A stretch of DNA of 64,000 nt from Candidatus Heimdallarchaeota archaeon (GTDB lineage Archaea > Asgardarchaeota > Heimdallarchaeia > Heimdallarchaeales > Heimdallarchaeaceae): assembly GCA_019057375.1 (NCBI GenBank), contig DXJF01000011.1:1-64000 (forward strand), read 5' to 3'. Under the pieces are notes generated by a model. That model was not told the origin of the DNA, ran no database searches, and worked only from the letters and a program-made list of their open reading frames with translations. Each line of letters begins with the position of its first letter. The stretch's first letter is position 1. Below, in pieces: positions 27,988 through 37,731 of this stretch. The position numbers and the translations under genes are program-made.

Positions 27988-30264
27988 TTAATCTTCAGTT
28001 TTTTCAGGTACAGGATAGTTGTTGTTAACTTCAGCAGAAAGTTGTTCAATATCTTCTGGATAAATTACTTCATAAATCCTAACTAGTGGAAAATATCTGG
28101 AATCTGCTGGGCCTCTAGCTAGACCATAGCTTCTGAACACTTCACTGAAGTATGTTATACCATCTGGACCTTTAAGGTCATAAACAGGATTTTGTGCTGC
28201 ATCAACTAACAATCCAGGATAATCACTTATAGGAGATCCAGTTCCAGGTGTGTCTGGAAATGCAAAACCAGTAGCTTGGTCATAAGCTGATAGTCTATAA
28301 AGAACTGAAGAGTAGAATGGTTCTAGATATTGGAATTGTGTTTTTGCTTCATTTAAACCATAGAAAGCTTCTTCAGTCATCCCATATCTTGGTACTGTAG
28401 ATTCAGCGATTTTTATACACCATAGTGCCTTTCCTAAGTCTGAACCAAGACCTGGAATTCCAGCTTGAGTATTAACTAGGACATATTTTACATTGTATTT
28501 ATACATCAGTTTAACTGACTCGGTAAAGTTCCACATTAACATGGTTCCTACCATACCGATTTGAGTTTTATTCGTAGTTGCATTATCTACAAGCGACGTT
28601 GCATTACCGTAATTCGTAATCCAATAACCATAATCCCACCAACTCATAACGACAGGGGCACTATTTGCAACTATACCTTGTCCTTGAGCATTGTTTCTTA
28701 ACCACAATAAGGCTTCTTGCCAGTCTGAAGATGGAGTACCAATCTCCCCGTAAATTACTGGGGCCATCTCGGACATAGAATATTGTTCGGCTAATTTTAC
28801 GCTTTGGAAAGTAAATGTAATAAGTAAACCGAATATTACCGAATAAGCTACAATAGCTTCATCTCTACCTATCGATTTCGTGATTCTTAATTTTCTTTTA
28901 GTCAGAGCAATTTTACCATGAGCACTTAAAGAGTAAGTATAAAGTAATTTATCAATAGCAAGTGCGCTTAATAATGAAGCAGCTGGAGATAACAATAATA
29001 CCAACCTTACCATTGATCCTGAGAAGTAAATTGTAGTTACTCCAAGAGTAAGGATGATTATATTTACATCTGTTGGTTTTTTAATACAGTAATATAATCC
29101 TAAGGGAATCAGGAACATCATAATATGAATACTATTGAAGAGCTCAGCCCAAGTCATGGGTTGATGTTCGCTTACCGAGGAAATAATCGGAATTCCTGAC
29201 CGATTTCCTGGCAGAATAACTGCCCAGAATTTAGCAGCAATATTTGTGAACATACCTAAGGACAGAAATACTGTGATTAGAATAGCTAACAAAAACAGTA
29301 CCGTTATTGAACCTATAATTATAACTTGTTTAAACGTTTTTTCACTTAGACTTCGGGAAAGGTTCTGTACTATTCCTACCAAAACTAGAAAGCCAATCAT
29401 CAAAATAGGAATCATGACTTCAATATTGTAGAACTTGTTAATCATTACTCTAGGCACCAAGAATCCTATCATTAATGCCGTGACAATCGTAATAGTATAA
29501 GCTTTAATCAGTTTGAATGTAAGTTTCCTTGTTAAAACTAGGAAGAAAGCTGCTAAAGGCAATAGATCTAAGACATATCTATAAGCACCCCAACTTCCAA
29601 TCAATAAAGCTAAACTTACACCTGCTAAAAATGATGAAATGGTACCACCACGTTTTATTGCTCGTATAAAGAAATACAAGGTTAAAACTGTAAATAGAAT
29701 CCCTACTGATTCATTGTCAAAGAACCCAGCCGTGCTTCTTGATACAAAAGCAGGGACAAAAGCCATGAAGAAAGCCGTGAATAATCCGGTTCTATTGCTA
29801 ACTGCTTCTTTTCCTAGGAAATAAGAGGCAAGAATTGTAAAGAACCCATAAAATACTGGACTAAAGTATGCTACTTGTATAATTGTTACATCGATGGAAA
29901 ATATGCCTAATAGTCCTTTAATGATAACTGCACTTACAGGAACTCCCCAATATAATTCTCTTCCTGTATGGAAACCGTAAGGATACCAAGAATTATTTTT
30001 GAACCAATGTATGAATGCTATAAAACCATTTTCACTAATATATTCCGCACTTACTAACTGAACATATGGATCAAATGCTTTGATTAGTGGATCATATCCT
30101 TTCATCAAAGAAAATAATCTAATCATAATACCTGCCGCGAGAATAATCAATAGACTTAGTCTATTAAGAAGAGCTTCTCTATTTATTTCATAATCTTCGA
30201 AATGATTAACGATTTTTTTCCAAAAGCGTCCTAGCATTCCGGATATACCTGTATCGCTTGACAT
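27988..30264 (-). CDS. aglB: Oligosaccharyltransferase catalytic subunit STT3/AglB
   Basis: AFDPY, FDNES, SVSEH, WWDYG and DLGKALWCI motifs; about 13 TM segments. Confidence 0.95.
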   Translation of the reverse strand: MSSDTGISGMLGRFWKKIVNHFEDYEINREALLNRLSLLIILAAGIMIRLFSLMKGYDPLIKAFDPYVQLVSAEYISENGFIAFIHWFKNNSWYPYGFHTGRELYWGVPVSAVIIKGLLGIFSIDVTIIQVAYFSPVFYGFFTILASYFLGKEAVSNRTGLFTAFFMAFVPAFVSRSTAGFFDNESVGILFTVLTLYFFIRAIKRGGTISSFLAGVSLALLIGSWGAYRYVLDLLPLAAFFLVLTRKLTFKLIKAYTITIVTALMIGFLVPRVMINKFYNIEVMIPILMIGFLVLVGIVQNLSRSLSEKTFKQVIIIGSITVLFLLAILITVFLSLGMFTNIAAKFWAVILPGNRSGIPIISSVSEHQPMTWAELFNSIHIMMFLIPLGLYYCIKKPTDVNIIILTLGVTTIYFSGSMVRLVLLLSPAASLLSALAIDKLLYTYSLSAHGKIALTKRKLRITKSIGRDEAIVAYSVIFGLLITFTFQSVKLAEQYSMSEMAPVIYGEIGTPSSDWQEALLWLRNNAQGQGIVANSAPVVMSWWDYGYWITNYGNATSLVDNATTNKTQIGMVGTMLMWNFTESVKLMYKYNVKYVLVNTQAGIPGLGSDLGKALWCIKIAESTVPRYGMTEEAFYGLNEAKTQFQYLEPFYSSVLYRLSAYDQATGFAFPDTPGTGSPISDYPGLLVDAAQNPVYDLKGPDGITYFSEVFRSYGLARGPADSRYFPLVRIYEVIYPEDIEQLSAEVNNNYPVPEKTED

Positions 30265-30525
30265 TGAATCTCACCTATAACTTGTTGCATAAGCTTGGTA
30301 ATCTCTTATTGAAGTTGAATAAAGAAAAGCGTTTAAAAATATTACTTATGGAAAGTCTTTTCCACTTTAATTTCTCGACAAAAATTCTGGTAATGTGAAA
30401 AAAAATAGTAAAAACGCTTAAAGTGGAGGAATTAGCAGCTTTCCTTATCTTTAATTTTCTTATTCCGATTAATAGCATAGTAACATTAATTAACTTAATT
30501 TATAGTTAAAGTGATTTAGATATTA

Positions 30526-30939
30526 ATGAGACTTGAAAGAAAAATCGCATATGCACTGGCCAAAGAGTTAAAAGATATTACACAAGAAGCAAAATTAGAA
30601 GCTCTCGCTATCTTGACAGCAACAGGAGATAGGGTGGCTTTTTACGCTGGAGATAAAACTGCAAATTCAACAGAACTTTCAGCAATTGGAGCAGCACTTG
30701 TGGCAGCTGCAAGATTAGCACTTGAAAGACTCGCTTATGCCCCAATCAATGATGTGATGGTTCGTGGAAAGAACGGTTTTCTAATTCTCAAATCCATAGG
30801 AGATTTCCATCTAGTTGGGGGAACTAGTGATATTGAAGAATTCAAAAATGCAATCGCAGTATTATCAAATCATGCACCTACAATAGCAGATATATTATCG
30901 TATGTTCAGATTGATGAAGACGAACTACACATGGAATAA
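30526..30939 (+). CDS. Roadblock/LC7 domain protein
   Basis: AILTATG, LSAIGAAL..AA..ALERL, VMVRGKNGFLIL pattern. Confidence 0.85.
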   Translation: MRLERKIAYALAKELKDITQEAKLEALAILTATGDRVAFYAGDKTANSTELSAIGAALVAAARLALERLAYAPINDVMVRGKNGFLILKSIGDFHLVGGTSDIEEFKNAIAVLSNHAPTIADILSYVQIDEDELHME

Positions 30940-30959
30940 GGAAACAACATCTTTTACAT

Positions 30960-32537
30960 TTATTTCATTTCTTGAAAATTTATTGGGGTTCTTTGTAATA
31001 ATTTTAAATTAACAATGTATGTTAAACCAACTGTTGGATTAATATTCATACTTTTTTGATAACTAGTTTGATACTGAAAAGTTCCTGAATTTATCAGAGT
31101 GACACCTTTGTATGTATCATCTCCCGCAATATGGGTATGACCTGTTTGAAAGATATCTGGTACTCTTGAAATAACTAACCGATCCTCTGATTCTGGTACA
31201 ATTGGTGTTCTTTTTCCATAAATAGGGACTAAATGACGATTTTCTAACATTCTAACCATTGCCGGTATTGAAGTTTCATGTGATATTGCTGGAATTGCTG
31301 CATTTATATCTAATATAGAATTTCCATGGTGCATCATAATTTCCACATTGTGTGCTTTTATATAACAAGGACTTCCTAAAAGATGAATATTATCTATTCC
31401 ATAAAAATCAGGGGCGAATTCTCTTTGAATTGGAGTTTGTGGTTCAGCAGCTCGTGTACCATCATGATTTCCAGGTATGATGATGATTTCTACATCTTCA
31501 CGTACCTGTTTAAAGTAATATGCTGCAGTCTTATATTGCAAACGAATATTTTCTTGCGCTAAATCTTCTATTTGTCCCGGATAAACACCAACTCCATCAA
31601 CAACATCACCACCAACTAAAATATACTTAATTTTCTTACCAATCTCGTTATATTTTTCATTTTCAAGTTTTCCATTAACTAATTTAATAGCACGCTGAAA
31701 TAGTTTTTCAGCAAAATTTTTTGACCCCACATGAATGTCAGAGATGAATAAAGCATAGACGTCATCATAAGCAAAATTTGATTTGTGAAAAGGAATATCT
31801 GGCCAAAGGACATCATCTACACTTAGTCTATCCTTCCACCAATTACCAGTAAAACAAAGTACAGAATCTTCGAGTATAAATTCTGATTTAGTTATCAAGT
31901 CTTGTTTTGAAGCATAAATGATTCCTGTTATAATACCTGATGGATCTTCCAAATCAAGAATAACTGTTCCCTTTCTCGTTTTTTGTACTTTTGTTACCAT
32001 TGCAATTAGTGAAATCTTATCTCGATTGCGGTTGGGAATTAAGTCGTTTGTGGTAACTCTGTTAGTTATATCTCTTCGTTTTAAAAATAACGCATTAATT
32101 AATTGAAACCGGCTTTTAAAGTAGTTTCGAAAATTTGCAGATGACGCAACAGATCTTTGTATTTCTGGAGAAAAAATGGTTTCCAAATCTGAAGATATCT
32201 TTTCTTTTCTTGATTTAGTTTCTACCTTAATTTCTGATTTCACTTCTTCTTCCTTTGTTTCTTTCTTTTCTTGAATTGGTTGTATTTCTTGTTCTAGTTT
32301 TTTAGTTTCTTCTTTTTTCGGGAGAGACTGTTCCAAAATTTCCTCCTTTTTAATTATGTCTTCATTGAGAAATTCATCAATGTCTGCAATAGAGAGAATA
32401 GCATTGTTTAGGTTTGAATCGAGAATCTTGTCGATAATATTCTCTACTTCTTGCAAACTATTTAGATAATCATAGGCCTCTGGAGTCAGTTGGTAACCTT
32501 CAGCATATAATTCTCTAATTCTTCTAGATGGAGTCAT
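30960..32537 (-). CDS. polB: DNA polymerase II (PolD) small subunit DP1
   Basis: OB fold followed by phosphoesterase motifs SDIHVGS, GDVVDG, PGNHD, HHG and GHTH. ATG at 32537; the ORF-track start overlaps the tRNA. Confidence 0.95.
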   Translation of the reverse strand: MTPSRRIRELYAEGYQLTPEAYDYLNSLQEVENIIDKILDSNLNNAILSIADIDEFLNEDIIKKEEILEQSLPKKEETKKLEQEIQPIQEKKETKEEEVKSEIKVETKSRKEKISSDLETIFSPEIQRSVASSANFRNYFKSRFQLINALFLKRRDITNRVTTNDLIPNRNRDKISLIAMVTKVQKTRKGTVILDLEDPSGIITGIIYASKQDLITKSEFILEDSVLCFTGNWWKDRLSVDDVLWPDIPFHKSNFAYDDVYALFISDIHVGSKNFAEKLFQRAIKLVNGKLENEKYNEIGKKIKYILVGGDVVDGVGVYPGQIEDLAQENIRLQYKTAAYYFKQVREDVEIIIIPGNHDGTRAAEPQTPIQREFAPDFYGIDNIHLLGSPCYIKAHNVEIMMHHGNSILDINAAIPAISHETSIPAMVRMLENRHLVPIYGKRTPIVPESEDRLVISRVPDIFQTGHTHIAGDDTYKGVTLINSGTFQYQTSYQKSMNINPTVGLTYIVNLKLLQRTPINFQEMK

Positions 32538-32590
32538 GAACAAACACTTTAGATTTAATGAAAACATAAATGTTTTGTAGAGGAAATAGA

Positions 32591-32667
32591 TGGCGACCCC
32601 GACGCGATTCGAACGCGCGACCCCCAACTTAGAAGGCTGGTGCTCTATCCAGCTGAGCTACGGGGTC
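32591..32667 (-). tRNA. tRNA-Arg(TCT)
   Basis: Acceptor GACCCCG/CGGGGTC, anticodon loop CTTCTAA, encoded CCA. Confidence 0.95.
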
Positions 32668-32837
32668 AACAATATTATCTTTCTTTGAAATTAATGATAT
32701 CTTAAATTTTTTGTTGGTTGGTTTCCTTTGTAAAATACTGATGTTGATTTAAATTCTTTTACATTGTTAACGATTTGGAGAAGAAGTATTGGATAAAAAA
32801 TAATATATATCTCTATCTTAAATTGCATTTGATTATT

Positions 32838-33020
32838 ATGAGTAGAAGTTCTCGAGGACAGAAGAAAAAGAGAGACACAAGCCCAATGCCTGCAACTGGT
32901 GCAGGTTTAATGAGATATTACGATGAAGATTTACCAGGTGTAAAAATTGGTCCTTGGTATGTTGTTGCTTTCTGTATTATCTTGATCATCGCTGTACTTG
33001 TTGGTAATATCGTCTATTGA
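32838..33020 (+). CDS. secG: Protein translocase subunit Sec61beta
   Basis: PATGAGLMRYYDED..GVKIGP followed by a single TM; ATG at 32838. Confidence 0.9.
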   Translation: MSRSSRGQKKKRDTSPMPATGAGLMRYYDEDLPGVKIGPWYVVAFCIILIIAVLVGNIVY

Positions 33021-33077
33021 TTATCTTGGTTTAGTCAGAAAAGGAGTGTGAACATCATTCTCTATTTTCAAGAATTA

Positions 33078-33341
33078 ATGAAAAAACTATATTTTGATAA
33101 AGATCTCAAGCGAGGTTTGGAAAAAACTGTTTTGAAACTTGTAGAAGAAGTAGGTGAGCTCGCGGAAGCTATACTACTACAAGATAAGGAAAAAATAACT
33201 GAAGAAATTGTTGATGTTATAGCATGGACTTTGAGTGTAGCAAACATCGCAGGAATAGACGTTGAGGAAGGTTTTATACATAAATATTCCAACTCATGTC
33301 CCAAATGTAAAAATAACCCTTGTAGTTGTGATTCAATATAA
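33078..33341 (+). CDS. MazG-like nucleotide pyrophosphohydrolase
   Basis: LVEEVGELAE and EEIVDV motifs, C-terminal CPKC..PCSC. Confidence 0.88.
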   Translation: MKKLYFDKDLKRGLEKTVLKLVEEVGELAEAILLQDKEKITEEIVDVIAWTLSVANIAGIDVEEGFIHKYSNSCPKCKNNPCSCDSI

Positions 33342-33446
33342 CGACTTTTTCACTAAGTTAAACAACAGGACATTGGTGTAATATTCGCATAACATCTGAG
33401 CTAGTCCCAAAATTTTTGTTGTTTTTTTAATATAGAAACAAAGAAA

Positions 33447-33686
33447 ATGTATGAAATGAAGGAGATAGTACTCTACACCACTGAAGATTGTCCATACTGC
33501 AATATTGCAGAGAATATATTAAAGAATGTTCTAAAAGAGTATGGAGGGTTATTCAACTACAAAAGCGTAGAAATAAAGACAGAAAATCGATTTAATGTAT
33601 CTTCAATTCCTACAATAATTGTGGGAAAAACTAAAATTGAGGGATTACCAGAAAGGGAGCAAATTCATACAGCGCTTTTTTCTTGA
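33447..33686 (+). CDS. Glutaredoxin/thioredoxin-like protein
   Basis: CPYC active site, SIPT cis-Pro. Confidence 0.88.
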   Translation: MYEMKEIVLYTTEDCPYCNIAENILKNVLKEYGGLFNYKSVEIKTENRFNVSSIPTIIVGKTKIEGLPEREQIHTALFS

Positions 33687-33743
33687 AAACAAATCATATG
33701 CAAATAATTCATATGTATTAGAAAAATAAATTGAAATTTCTAA

Positions 33744-33983
33744 TTATTCGTTGGAAAAATAGAATTCATGTTGAGCTATTTCTCTCACAAAAACACCAGT
33801 CAAACCTTCCAGATTTAAGATTTTTTGAAGAAAGTCATCCCAAGAAAGGGATCCATAAGCCTTAAGCCAAGCTTCATATCCTTTTTTTAGCTCCCTTTTA
33901 GCTTTGGAATGATTCTTGCAATATTGTGTTTGTAAGTTTTCTATGTCTTTTTTACAAATCGGACATTGTTTATTTGCTTTCAT
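33744..33983 (-). CDS. Small zinc-binding protein downstream of topA
   Basis: CPIC...C..H motif; ATG at 33983 overlaps the topA stop. Confidence 0.7.
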   Translation of the reverse strand: MKANKQCPICKKDIENLQTQYCKNHSKAKRELKKGYEAWLKAYGSLSWDDFLQKILNLEGLTGVFVREIAQHEFYFSNE

Positions 33984-36066
33984 TTTTCTCACCTTCTTTC
34001 TTAGAAGGACAATCGGGGGATATACACATTGAAACTTTTCTTCTTCCCTTTTGCCATTCAATTATTGGCAGACCATCATGAATACAAGTTTTTTTTGTAG
34101 ATTTAATGGTTCCCGTATTTGGAACTGGATAAGTAACATTACAAATGATGTCTTTATCAAAATAAGATGAACAAGCTACAAAACGTTTTCTTGTTTTCCT
34201 TGATCTAATAATTCTTAATTCTCCCTTTTTGCATTGTTTACACTCACCTAGTACAATTATATCCGATTTTTCAGAAAGTTGAAGATTTTTGTACAAAGCA
34301 AGACCTATTTCTGTTTCTTTTTGATGAAAAAGCTCTAGAAGGTCTTTCAGTTCTCTTTTTATAAATAGAATTGTGCCTTGAATATCTTTATTTTCAGTTT
34401 GAACATCTTCCATAATTTGTTCTAGATTACGTGTCATTTCCGATTTAACTAGTATAGGATATTGTTCTTGTAAAACGTTAACAACAGATATTCCTAGAGG
34501 TGTAGGCATTATTTCCTTACCTCCTATATACCCTCTGTCGAATAAGGTTTGGATTATTCCTGCTCTTGTCGCTTTTGTACCTATTTTTTCATCTTCCATA
34601 TATTTGAGAAGTGTTGATTCATTAAACCGACGTGGAGGAGAGGTAAGGTGTTCTTGTGACTCAATATAATTGAATATAACTTCTGTACCTATTTCAACAT
34701 CTGGAAGAATGTACTCAGAAATTGAGTAATAAGGTCTGTAATATCTAATCCACCCCTCATTTAATATTTTACTACCTCTTACCTCAAATTTGTGTTTGTT
34801 TACAAGTATTTGTATAGCTCTTTTCAGAAATTCCGCTCGTTTACCAAAGAGTGAAAGGTAACGTTTTACAATTAGATCATAGAGTTTTTTCTCATCAGGA
34901 GGAAGCACTTCATTTAGTTCTTTACCTGTTGGGTGTATTGCTGGATGAGCTGCATCTGTTTGTTTCCCTTCCTTTGGTTTATATTTCTTTGCTGCAATTA
35001 TTTCATTTGCAAAAACATTATAGTTGTGTTGTTTACTTAGCTTTGCAAGAATTGATTTATGTCCTAGCGTCATTGGGAGTTTCTGACTATCTGTTCGTGG
35101 ATATGAAATTAGAGCTTTTAAATAGAGTTTTTCTGCAATTTCAAGTGTTTTTGTTGGAGAAAATTTAAAATGTTTATAGGCATCCCTCTGAAGGTTTCCT
35201 AGATTAAATGGAGGAAAGGGATAAAGAAAACTTGGTTCTTCGGACACATTAGATATTTTACCAGTTAGACCGCTACAATCTTTCACTACTTGTATGGCTT
35301 CCTTCTGGGTTTTCAATTCGGCTTTTTCATAAACTGCTGTGAAGTTTTCATTATTTAGTATAACCTCACTTTTAATGGTCCAATAAGGAATAGGTACAAA
35401 GAATTTAATGCTATTTTCGTGTTCAACAACAGAGCCCAAAGTTGGCCCTTGAACACGACCTATTGATATTGTTTTGAAACGTCCAGATACTCTTTTGAAC
35501 GCAAGACTTAACGCTCGTGAATAATTGATCCCATATAACCAGTCAATATAATGTCGTATTAAACCTGAATTCAGAAAACCCATATCCAGGGATTTTTCTC
35601 TTTGGTCAAATGCATTAATAACATCTCTTCTAGTCAAAGTAGAAAATTTCATTCTTTCTGCATTGCTCTTACCTACTAAATATTTTAAAATTAGATAACC
35701 TATTACCTCACCTTCTCTATCAAAATCAGTCATTATTATGACATCTTCTGCTCCTTTTGCAAGAGATTTGAAAACATCAGTGAAATTTTTTGTTTTTGCG
35801 TTTTTGTTTACAAAATGGCTCGGAACCCATTCATAATCAAGAACAGGATAATTCCAAGTCTTTCCTATTGAAGATAATGTAAATAAATGACCTACTGTAG
35901 GTGCAATTACTATGTTTTTTCCATCTCTTTTACATATGTAAATGGGTATATTTTTCAGACGTTTATTTTGTGGTTTATTATTTTCATCTAAAGCATAAGC
36001 TATTCTTCTAGCTGCTTGCGGTTTTTCAGCAATACCTAAAATATATGGCGTTTCTATAGATGACAC
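33970..36066 (-). CDS. topA: DNA topoisomerase IA
   Basis: AEKP, TOPRIM DFDREGE, GRVQGPTL, catalytic ISYPRTDS, AHPAIHPT, GIGTKATR-like motif, C-terminal zinc ribbons. Confidence 0.96.
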   Translation of the reverse strand: MSSIETPYILGIAEKPQAARRIAYALDENNKPQNKRLKNIPIYICKRDGKNIVIAPTVGHLFTLSSIGKTWNYPVLDYEWVPSHFVNKNAKTKNFTDVFKSLAKGAEDVIIMTDFDREGEVIGYLILKYLVGKSNAERMKFSTLTRRDVINAFDQREKSLDMGFLNSGLIRHYIDWLYGINYSRALSLAFKRVSGRFKTISIGRVQGPTLGSVVEHENSIKFFVPIPYWTIKSEVILNNENFTAVYEKAELKTQKEAIQVVKDCSGLTGKISNVSEEPSFLYPFPPFNLGNLQRDAYKHFKFSPTKTLEIAEKLYLKALISYPRTDSQKLPMTLGHKSILAKLSKQHNYNVFANEIIAAKKYKPKEGKQTDAAHPAIHPTGKELNEVLPPDEKKLYDLIVKRYLSLFGKRAEFLKRAIQILVNKHKFEVRGSKILNEGWIRYYRPYYSISEYILPDVEIGTEVIFNYIESQEHLTSPPRRFNESTLLKYMEDEKIGTKATRAGIIQTLFDRGYIGGKEIMPTPLGISVVNVLQEQYPILVKSEMTRNLEQIMEDVQTENKDIQGTILFIKRELKDLLELFHQKETEIGLALYKNLQLSEKSDIIVLGECKQCKKGELRIIRSRKTRKRFVACSSYFDKDIICNVTYPVPNTGTIKSTKKTCIHDGLPIIEWQKGRRKVSMCISPDCPSKKEGEKNESK

Positions 36067-36118
36067 TAATTTACACCTGTTTCTGTTAAATCCCTCAGAT
36101 TTAACTTCTTTGAGGAAA

Positions 36119-36204
36119 TGGAGCCAGGACGGGGATTTGAACCCCGGATCCTATAAGGAACTGATTTTCAAGACCAGCGCCGTTGTCCGCTTGGCTATCC
36201 TGGC
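36119..36204 (-). tRNA. tRNA-Ser(TGA)
   Basis: Acceptor GCCAGGA/TCCTGGC, anticodon loop CTTGAAA, long variable arm, encoded CCA; discriminator U. Confidence 0.92.
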
Positions 36205-36298
36205 AATCAACAAGCAACATGTTAGAGGGTAAAGTGATTAAAAATATATCTAAAGAAGTTATATATTCTACTCAGATACCTATAAAATTCAATATTTT

Positions 36299-36589
36299 TT
36301 AACCTCCATGTGATATAGGTATAATCCTAATTTCCATATCTGATTCAACTGGAGAGTATAATTTTCCTGTGCTTTTTAGTTCAACTTTATTGGATAATAA
36401 GAGATAACCTGGGCGTATATCTGAATCACTTATCAATATATTTACGACTCTTTCATGTTTAGATAGGAGGAAAATTAAGCCATCTAGCAAATTCGTTTCC
36501 GCATCAATCTTACCTTCTATCAATCGTTGATTAGAAGGAATTGATGGATGGAGCAGGATTGTAATTGAGTAATATTTCAGAAAAATCAC
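36299..36589 (-). CDS. Ubiquitin-like modifier/sulfur carrier, Urm1/SAMP-like
   Basis: Beta-grasp size, IRPGYLLL, C-terminal IIPISHGG (di-glycine). Confidence 0.85.
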   Translation of the reverse strand: MIFLKYYSITILLHPSIPSNQRLIEGKIDAETNLLDGLIFLLSKHERVVNILISDSDIRPGYLLLSNKVELKSTGKLYSPVESDMEIRIIPISHGG

Positions 36590-36616
36590 CTAAAATAAGA
36601 TAAAGAGTAGGTACTA

Positions 36617-37561
36617 TTACCCTACTTCAATTTCAAACATACCTAGCAAATCTTCTATATCTTGAGCAATTGCTTCGTCTTCTTCACTTAACTCGGCCCC
36701 TTCCTCTGGTTTAAGAAATTCTATTGCTCTTACAACACCATTTTCACAAATCATTCTTGGAACATGAGAACTTGAGAAAAATATTCCTTCTGGTGGTTCA
36801 TCCAATTCTTCGAATCCGCCTGTATATGTTTCTGTATATACTTTGTTCCCAATTATTACTAAATCTCTGTAGAATCCTTTAGGGGCTCCTAAATCTTTCA
36901 GAACTTTAAATGATTGATCAAGCATTATGTCACTTTTAACTACTGCTTTTTCTTCAGATGCAACACTTGCTGTATCTTTAGGTATCAATGCTTCTTCAGG
37001 TTTCTTAATTTCTATAGATTCAGACTCTAGTGCTGAGAGTATTGTTGGCATAGGTCTATTTCCTGGTGCCCCCATCTTTGCAAGATGTGTTGGTAATTCA
37101 GAAGCAGGCACTTGTGCTGGACGATCTTTTAGTCTTTCATCACCTCCTTCTTCTGAATCTGGAATAGGAGCTGGTGTAGAAGCTGGTATGCTTTCTTGTT
37201 CGGCTCCTTCCTCAAAAACATTAATTCTACTTTGTCTATCAATTATTTTTTGAGCTCTGTTTATAACAGTATCAGGTACAATATCTGTTTTACCAATTTT
37301 TTGCAGCATGGAAACAAATTCTGCAGTTTCATCATTTTGATCGCAAGATTGTGGAACATACGCAAAGCCATATTCCTTTTTCCTTATATCAGATAAAGCC
37401 CTACTTCCAATAAACTTCTTTCTTATTGGACAATTAGAACCTTTCCACAACCACATTTTTTTATCTTCTTCATCCACAACAATGAGGACTTTTTCTGGAC
37501 CTAGTTGTAATTCATTCAATTCAACTAAATTACCATCCTCTTGCACTTCTAAATATCTCAT
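36617..37561 (-). CDS. Gelsolin-domain protein (one gelsolin domain, Pro/Glu-rich linker, C-terminal domain)
   Basis: Residues 1-90 match the gelsolin repeat pattern (VLIVVD...MWLWKGSNC...Q.DET.EF). Confidence 0.8.
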   Translation of the reverse strand: MRYLEVQEDGNLVELNELQLGPEKVLIVVDEEDKKMWLWKGSNCPIRKKFIGSRALSDIRKKEYGFAYVPQSCDQNDETAEFVSMLQKIGKTDIVPDTVINRAQKIIDRQSRINVFEEGAEQESIPASTPAPIPDSEEGGDERLKDRPAQVPASELPTHLAKMGAPGNRPMPTILSALESESIEIKKPEEALIPKDTASVASEEKAVVKSDIMLDQSFKVLKDLGAPKGFYRDLVIIGNKVYTETYTGGFEELDEPPEGIFFSSSHVPRMICENGVVRAIEFLKPEEGAELSEEDEAIAQDIEDLLGMFEIEVG

Positions 37562-37731
37562 TGTAGTTTCACACTCAAATTATCTACAAACTACATATGT
37601 AAATTCGTTTAATAAAACTTATCGAAAGCTACCAGTGAATTAAAATCAAAGTTTTTTCATGTAAAGGTTAGAAATTTGAAAAGAAATAAGATTAGGGAAA
37701 GCCAATCAAAACATTGTTTTCATGAGATCTT

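Noticed and set aside
9822-37630. Shared 12-mer TTATCGAAAGCT near ftsZ (9822) and the gelsolin gene (37619)
   Set aside because: It has opposite orientation relative to the two genes, and a few 12-mer coincidences are expected among AT-rich intergenic sequences.
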